Assembly: GCA_945876115.1 (NCBI GenBank)
Contig: CAMCNF010000001.1
Location: 1 to 45,398 of the forward strand
DNA: 45,398 nt
Source: Verrucomicrobia subdivision 6 bacterium
GTDB lineage: Bacteria > Verrucomicrobiota > Verrucomicrobiia > Methylacidiphilales > Verrucolacustridaceae
Direction of reading: 5' to 3'
Of the stretch, positions 40,556-45,398 are shown one piece after another (position 1 is the first letter of the stretch; every line of letters starts with the position of its first letter). A program made the translations under genes and the position numbers. The notes beneath the pieces are model-generated. The model was given only the letters and a program-made list of their open reading frames with translations, searched no databases and was not told where the DNA came from.

Positions 40556-40954
40556 TTACCAGACCACGAGGAGCAGTTCCCCGCCTACGTTTTGCTTTTT
40601 TGCATCTTCACCAGAAAGTACCCCTAGTGGAGTGGAAAGGATGGAGACACCCAAGCCGCCCAAATACTTTGGAATCTCCCGTACCCCCACGTAGCGCCGC
40701 AATCCGGGCTTGGACAAACGACGAATGCAGGTGATCGCCTTCCCATTCCGAGCACTTGCCACCTTCATGGAAATATGAAAATCACTGTGCTTTCCCTCTT
40801 TTTTTAACTCAAAATCCTCGATGAACCCCTCTTTTTTCAAGATGGCCAAAACATTTCCCCTCATCCGCGAATGCTTCGCGCGGACATTTTTCAAGCCAGC
40901 GACCGAAGCGTTTCGGATCTGCGTAATAAAGTCTGCCAATGGATCAGTTACCAT
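40556..40954 (-). CDS. rpsH: 30S ribosomal protein S8
   Basis: TDPLADFITQIRNA, SKPGLRRY, GGELL. Confidence 0.97.
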   Translation of the reverse strand: MVTDPLADFITQIRNASVAGLKNVRAKHSRMRGNVLAILKKEGFIEDFELKKEGKHSDFHISMKVASARNGKAITCIRRLSKPGLRRYVGVREIPKYLGGLGVSILSTPLGVLSGEDAKKQNVGGELLLVVW

Positions 40955-40961
40955 AAATTCC

Positions 40962-41147
40962 TTACCAGCTCGCTTTCGTCACCCCAGGAATTTCCCCACG
41001 TAGGGCCATTTCCCGGAACTGAATACGGCTGACACCGAAACGCCGAATATAACTACGACGACGGCCAGTAATCGAACACCGGTTATACTTCCGGGTCGAA
41101 AACTTTGGTTTCTTCTTCTGCTTAAGCCGCCAGCACTTCTTGGCCAT
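40962..41147 (-). CDS. rpsN: 30S ribosomal protein S14 (short 61-aa type, Zn ligands degenerate)
   Basis: MAKK...[15 protein letters not shown]...[21 protein letters not shown]; start 41147 lies inside rplE. Confidence 0.95.
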   Translation of the reverse strand: MAKKCWRLKQKKKPKFSTRKYNRCSITGRRRSYIRRFGVSRIQFREMALRGEIPGVTKASW

Positions 41148-41739
41148 GAGGTGTCTCCTTATTGCCGGTCTTGGCGGCTTGGTCTGGCGAGTGGGATCTC
41201 GCAATGAAAGGCATACCCATTTGCACCAGCATTTCGCGGGTTTCTTCTCGGTCCTTGCCTGAGGTCACAAATGTCACATCGAATCCTAGATTACGCTTCA
41301 CCCGATCAATTTCGATCTCTGGGAAAATCGAATGATCCTTTACCCCGAGCGTATAACCACCACGCCCGTCAAATCCACCATTCGGGATCCCACGAAAATC
41401 ACGAATCCTAGGCAAAGCCGCCCGAATAAAGCGCAAGAGGAAGTCATACATCATTTTACCCCGCAAGGTCACTTTGCAGCCGATCTCTTGATGCAAACGA
41501 AGATTGAAATTCGAGATACTCTTTTTCGAACGAGTTTTGATCGGCTTTTGTCCTGTGATCATCGTCAGATCATTCAAAGCATCTTCTAATGCCACTTTAA
41601 TGTCAGTCGCCGAACCCACAGAGCAGTTCAGCACAATTTTCTCCAACTTCGGCACTTGGTGTGTGTTGCTATACCCGCGAATCTTGATCATCGCAGGAAC
41701 TACTGTTTTCAAATAATGAACTTTAAGATCGTTTTCCAT
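41122..41739 (-). CDS. rplE: 50S ribosomal protein L5
   Basis: [33 protein letters not shown]. Confidence 0.97.
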   Translation of the reverse strand: MENDLKVHYLKTVVPAMIKIRGYSNTHQVPKLEKIVLNCSVGSATDIKVALEDALNDLTMITGQKPIKTRSKKSISNFNLRLHQEIGCKVTLRGKMMYDFLLRFIRAALPRIRDFRGIPNGGFDGRGGYTLGVKDHSIFPEIEIDRVKRNLGFDVTFVTSGKDREETREMLVQMGMPFIARSHSPDQAAKTGNKETPHGQEVLAA

Positions 41740-41742
41740 AAC

Positions 41743-42033
41743 TTACTTCTTCCCCTTCACCGTCTTCTCTTTGCCCTTCTTTGCCACTGCCTTCTCACCC
41801 TTGGGCCGCGAAATCAGCTTTAAATTCGAGATGTGCACCGTGCCCTCACGCTCCATCACCCCGCCCTTCGGGTTCTCTTGGGTCGGCCGAACATGCTTCT
41901 TGATCATGTTCACCCCTTCGATCAAAGCGCGTGACGAGTTCGTGATAATTTCAAGAACCTTTCCCTTGCGACCCCGTTGCGAGCCACTAATCACCAAAAC
42001 CTCGTCTCCCTTATGTACATGAAAAGTTGTCAT
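41743..42033 (-). CDS. rplX: 50S ribosomal protein L24
   Basis: KGDEVLVISG, EGVNMIKKH, HISN. Confidence 0.97.
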   Translation of the reverse strand: MTTFHVHKGDEVLVISGSQRGRKGKVLEIITNSSRALIEGVNMIKKHVRPTQENPKGGVMEREGTVHISNLKLISRPKGEKAVAKKGKEKTVKGKK

Positions 42034-42041
42034 AGAACTTT

Positions 42042-42407
42042 TTAGAGAACCTCAGGGGCTAAGGAAACAATCTTCATAAAATTCCGATCACGCAGTTCCC
42101 TCGCCACCGGACCAAAAATACGGGTGCCCCGCGGATTAGAATCCTTGTCGATGATCACTGCGGCGTTGCTATCAAAACGAAGATAAGATCCATCCGTCCG
42201 ACGAATCGGATATCGCGTGCGTACAATGACCGCGCGCACCACTTCACTTTTCTTCACGGTTCCATCGGGAGCCGCTTCTTTTACGTTGGCCGTCACTATA
42301 TCACCAATCCGCGCCACCATCGTCTTACGACCAATCACCCCGATCATCGTAGCCCGACGAGCGCCCGTGTTATCTGCAATATTAATCCAGGAACGAATTT
42401 GAATCAT
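42042..42407 (-). CDS. rplN: 50S ribosomal protein L14
   Basis: [25 protein letters not shown]. Confidence 0.98.
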   Translation of the reverse strand: MIQIRSWINIADNTGARRATMIGVIGRKTMVARIGDIVTANVKEAAPDGTVKKSEVVRAVIVRTRYPIRRTDGSYLRFDSNAAVIIDKDSNPRGTRIFGPVARELRDRNFMKIVSLAPEVL

Positions 42408-42694
42408 GCCAGTACCTCGGCTTTGCTCTCCGCCTGTTTAACCACTTCTACTAAATTCCAACGCTTGAGACGGCTGAGCGGGCGGCAGGCTACGATCCGC
42501 ACCATATCTCCCTCTTTCGCCTTCTTCTCTTCGTCATGAGCATAAAACTTCTTCCGCAGGCGGATAATCTTTTTGTACTTGGGATGAGGCATCCGGCGTT
42601 CCACCTGCACGACAATCGTCTTTTCCATCTTGGCGGAGATCACTTCGCCAGTCAGCTCCTTCAGTACGGAGACATGTTCTGGAGTTGTTGTCAT
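42404..42694 (-). CDS. rpsQ: 30S ribosomal protein S17
   Basis: [27 protein letters not shown]. Confidence 0.97.
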   Translation of the reverse strand: MTTTPEHVSVLKELTGEVISAKMEKTIVVQVERRMPHPKYKKIIRLRKKFYAHDEEKKAKEGDMVRIVACRPLSRLKRWNLVEVVKQAESKAEVLA

Positions 42695-42903
42695 TACGCG
42701 CCTTTTCCTGGAGTCGCTAAACGAGACTCCGACCGGGCGGTTTCAATGCGAGCAATCGTCCTGCGAATCTCTCGCAGACGAGTCGGTTTTTCCAGCTGCC
42801 CAGACTGCTGTTGAATACGGAGCTGAAAGCGCTCACGACGAAGTTCTTCCGTCTTGCGCTCCAACTCGGCCGCTTTCAGGCCTCTAAATTCTTCGATCTT
42901 CAA
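42694..42903 (-). CDS. rpmC: 50S ribosomal protein L29
   Basis: TTG start 42903 overlapping rplP stop, GGAG upstream; FQLRIQ..SGQLE...[10 protein letters not shown]. Confidence 0.93.
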   Translation of the reverse strand: MKIEEFRGLKAAELERKTEELRRERFQLRIQQQSGQLEKPTRLREIRRTIARIETARSESRLATPGKGA

Positions 42904-43325
42904 AATACTAATCTCCTCTCGCGAGTGATAAAGCGAGTCGCCATCGGTAGCTTGCTCGCCGCTAGCCGAAAGCACTCCTTTGCATCAAGTTCCAATAAAC
43001 CATCGAGCTCGAAAAGGATAGTCCCTGGCTTAATAACTGCCACCCAAAACTCAGGCTGCCCCTTGCCTTTTCCCATCCGCGTTTCTGGGGGACGGGAGGT
43101 AACTGACTTGTCCGGGAACACCCGAATCCACAATTTACCCTTCCGATTCATGTTTCTTGTCAGCGCAACTCGCGCTGCTTCGATCTGAATATTCGTCAAC
43201 CAGCAACGACCCAACGACTGTAAGCCGAAGGCGCCGAAGGCCAAAGTAATGCATCGCGTGGCGAAGCCCTTGCGGCTACCGCGCTGCGTTTTACGGAATT
43301 TTACGCGTTTGGGGAGTAAAGGCAT
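42900..43325 (-). CDS. rplP: 50S ribosomal protein L16
   Basis: [23 protein letters not shown]. Confidence 0.98.
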   Translation of the reverse strand: MPLLPKRVKFRKTQRGSRKGFATRCITLAFGAFGLQSLGRCWLTNIQIEAARVALTRNMNRKGKLWIRVFPDKSVTSRPPETRMGKGKGQPEFWVAVIKPGTILFELDGLLELDAKECFRLAASKLPMATRFITRERRLVF

Positions 43326-43342
43326 AGTGGTAAATCCGCCAG

Positions 43343-43975
43343 TTAAGCGGCTTCGTCTCCTAGGCAGATCCAGACTTTAACCCCGATTTTTCCTGCCACC
43401 GTCAGGGCCTCAGCAAATCCATAATCAATATTCGCGCGCAAAGTGTGCAACGGCACTTTCCCTTCATGATACTGCTCCGTCCGCGCAATTTCTCCCCCAC
43501 CCAAACGTCCTCCAACCCGAATCTTCACTCCAGCCGCCCCGAAATCCAGAGTGGTCTGCAAAGCTTTCTTCATCGCGCGACGAAACGAAACCCGACGCTC
43601 CAACTGCAAAGCAATATTTTCTGCCACCAACTGAGCGTCCAACTCGGGATTCTTAATTTCCTTCACATCGATGAGCAACTCCCGGTTCGGCGTCAGCGCT
43701 TGAGTGTCTTCGCGCAACTTATCCAGCTCACTCGCTTTGCGCCCAATCACCAGCCCAGGACGAGCGGTGTGCAAGGTCACCCGCACGCGATTCGAAGCCC
43801 GCTCAATCACCACCTTGGAAATTGCCGCACTCTCCAGACGCTTCTTTATGAAATTACGAATGGTGTAGTCCTCATGTAGAAAAATGGGGAAATTCTTTTT
43901 ATTCGCATACCACACCGAGCTCCAGTTCCTCCGGAGGGGTAAACGAAAACCAACTGGATGAGTCTTTTGTCCCAT
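43343..43975 (-). CDS. rpsC: 30S ribosomal protein S3
   Basis: [38 protein letters not shown]. Confidence 0.98.
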   Translation of the reverse strand: MGQKTHPVGFRLPLRRNWSSVWYANKKNFPIFLHEDYTIRNFIKKRLESAAISKVVIERASNRVRVTLHTARPGLVIGRKASELDKLREDTQALTPNRELLIDVKEIKNPELDAQLVAENIALQLERRVSFRRAMKKALQTTLDFGAAGVKIRVGGRLGGGEIARTEQYHEGKVPLHTLRANIDYGFAEALTVAGKIGVKVWICLGDEAA

Positions 43976-43981
43976 AACGCC

Positions 43982-44398
43982 TTATTCCTTTGCCGGAGCT
44001 TTTACTCGGGCCACTTTCTTTTCTTTTTTCTCCGCCTTAGCCGCCTCGGGCGGTGCTTCCTGTAAGGTCATCCGAATATGGCTGGTGCGCTTCCGAATCG
44101 GACCTGCACTGCCACGGGCTTTCGGTTGAAAACGATGAAAAGTAGGGCCTTCCCCAACCATAATCTCATGCACCACAAGATTCTCCGCGGGAATCGAATG
44201 CTTGTTCTCCGCATTGGCCACCGCCGAACGTAGTGTCTGCACCAAAAGACGAGCCGATTTCTGCGGGGCAAAACGCAAACGAGCGTCTGCTTCCGGAGCG
44301 CGTAGCCCCCGTAGGCATCGGGCGATATCCCGTATTTTAAAGGCGGACATACGCGCGTACTTCATTTCAGCGCGAGCAGTGCGAATTTCTGTACTCAT
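43982..44398 (-). CDS. rplV: 50S ribosomal protein L22
   Basis: SAVANAE, VGEGP, PKARGSA..IRKRTSHI. Confidence 0.97.
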   Translation of the reverse strand: MSTEIRTARAEMKYARMSAFKIRDIARCLRGLRAPEADARLRFAPQKSARLLVQTLRSAVANAENKHSIPAENLVVHEIMVGEGPTFHRFQPKARGSAGPIRKRTSHIRMTLQEAPPEAAKAEKKEKKVARVKAPAKE

Positions 44399-45048
44399 TT
44401 TTGTGCGAGAACCGAAACTCGGTCCCCTACCTTGGGTTGAATGCCATCCGTCAGCTTTTCCGTCATTCCAGCAGAAATGAGTTCACGGACTTCCAACAGA
44501 CGACAATTTCCAATCACCTGATCCCCACGCACGATCCGGAACGGCATACCCTCGCGAGCGCCCTGCCGACTTCCCAGATTCAAAACTAAAGACTGCTGCG
44601 CGGGATCTACCGCGACAATTTGTGCATCCGTCACCCCAGAGGCGAGAGCCCGTGGGCTACTTCCCGCGACCATCTGCGCTTCCCATGTCCGCTTGGCCGA
44701 CTCAAACTCCGCTCGCGCCGCCGCCTTCTTCACTGGACTGGTCTCCCCCGCCCACGCAGTGGCACTGGCTATTACATTCTTTGCCTGGCTCATTAGGCCC
44801 TGCAGGGCTTTCTCCGCACGAATTAACTCACCCGAAAGTCGCACCACTTTGTCATGGCTATCCCGTACGTCCCCGCTCAAGGCACTCAACCCAAGAAGCT
44901 CATCCCGCCTCTGGAGTTGGCTCCACGCTTCCCGATAGGCTTGAGCCTCCGACTGAGCCATCAGGAGTTCATTCGTCTTGCTCGACGAAGGCACTTCCCC
45001 AAAAGCAAAGGACGCCAAGCAACTGACAAGAAGGAGAAAGAATTTCAT
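44395..45048 (-). CDS. Exported non-ribosomal protein (signal peptide, coiled coil, FlgT-C-like beta domain) inserted between rpsS and rplV
   Basis: 217-aa ORF; TAATG overlap with rpsS and ATGA overlap with rplV; C-terminal IVAVD...VLNLGSRQGAREGMPFRI...KVGDRV. Confidence 0.85.
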   Translation of the reverse strand: MKFFLLLVSCLASFAFGEVPSSSKTNELLMAQSEAQAYREAWSQLQRRDELLGLSALSGDVRDSHDKVVRLSGELIRAEKALQGLMSQAKNVIASATAWAGETSPVKKAAARAEFESAKRTWEAQMVAGSSPRALASGVTDAQIVAVDPAQQSLVLNLGSRQGAREGMPFRIVRGDQVIGNCRLLEVRELISAGMTEKLTDGIQPKVGDRVSVLAQK

Positions 45049-45323
45049 TACTTCGTCACCTTCTCCGTATGCCCACCGTGCCGCTTGAAGATACGCGTAG
45101 GCGAGAATTCACCCAAACGATGACCCACCATGTTTTCAGTAACGAAAACAGGATTGAAAATCTTCCCGTTATGAACCAGGAAAGTATGACCGACGAAGTC
45201 AGGCGGAATCATCGAGCGGCGGGACCAAGTCTTGATCGGCTTCTTCGCCCCAGAACCAATCTTTTGCACCTTCTCCATCAGATGGTCATCAATAAACGGA
45301 CCTTTTTTTAGACTACGACTCAT
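45048..45323 (-). CDS. rpsS: 30S ribosomal protein S19
   Basis: [27 protein letters not shown]. Confidence 0.98.
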   Translation of the reverse strand: MSRSLKKGPFIDDHLMEKVQKIGSGAKKPIKTWSRRSMIPPDFVGHTFLVHNGKIFNPVFVTENMVGHRLGEFSPTRIFKRHGGHTEKVTK

Positions 45324-45398
45324 GAGGACCTCTTCTTTCTACGATCTTCCACAATAAATCGGCTGGAAGGCTTGTGACGGTGACGAGTTTTCAATCCC
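45320..45398 (-). CDS. rplB: 50S ribosomal protein L2, C-terminal fragment (truncated by window edge)
   Basis: [25 protein letters not shown]; ATGA overlap with rpsS; expected gene order. Confidence 0.85.
   Translation of the reverse strand, partial: GLKTRHRHKPSSRFIVEDRRKKRSS

Overview
Bacterial chromosomal window, most likely Verrucomicrobiota. This is inferred from the prepilin/H-X9-DG-type protein, the L33 variant, the absence of rpmD and the dapF-dapA-dapB-folK order. Left to right: (1) a 9 kb carbohydrate/ester-processing locus (two alpha/beta esterases, a clan GH-A-like hydrolase, an ExuT-type MFS transporter, an SGNH esterase, a GH3); (2) lysA-dapF-dapA-dapB-folK-panB; (3) a small accessory patch (deleted IS91-family transposase remnant, AT-rich ORFan, EVE protein) and a four-gene membrane protein/prepilin/ABC module that lacks the window's strong GC skew; (4) thiC with an atypical TPP riboswitch; (5) SH3 lipoprotein, lipoate ligase family, DedA, sulfotransferase, nadE, hpnH plus two hypotheticals; (6) rplU-rpmA, a divergent uvrA coupled to a secreted TPR protein, icd, a secreted His/Cys caspase-fold-like protein with a partner, rpmG; (7) the S10-spc operon from the rplB 3' end to secY-map on the minus strand. 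Most notable: a secreted non-ribosomal protein gene translationally coupled between rpsS and rplV, a SecY with an extra C-terminal TM helix, a prepilin gene that seems to need an ATC start, a TPP aptamer with almost no P1 helix, and a recurring near-leaderless promoter architecture. No rRNA, tRNA or CRISPR array was recognised. All calls come from reading motifs by eye; no database searches were run.
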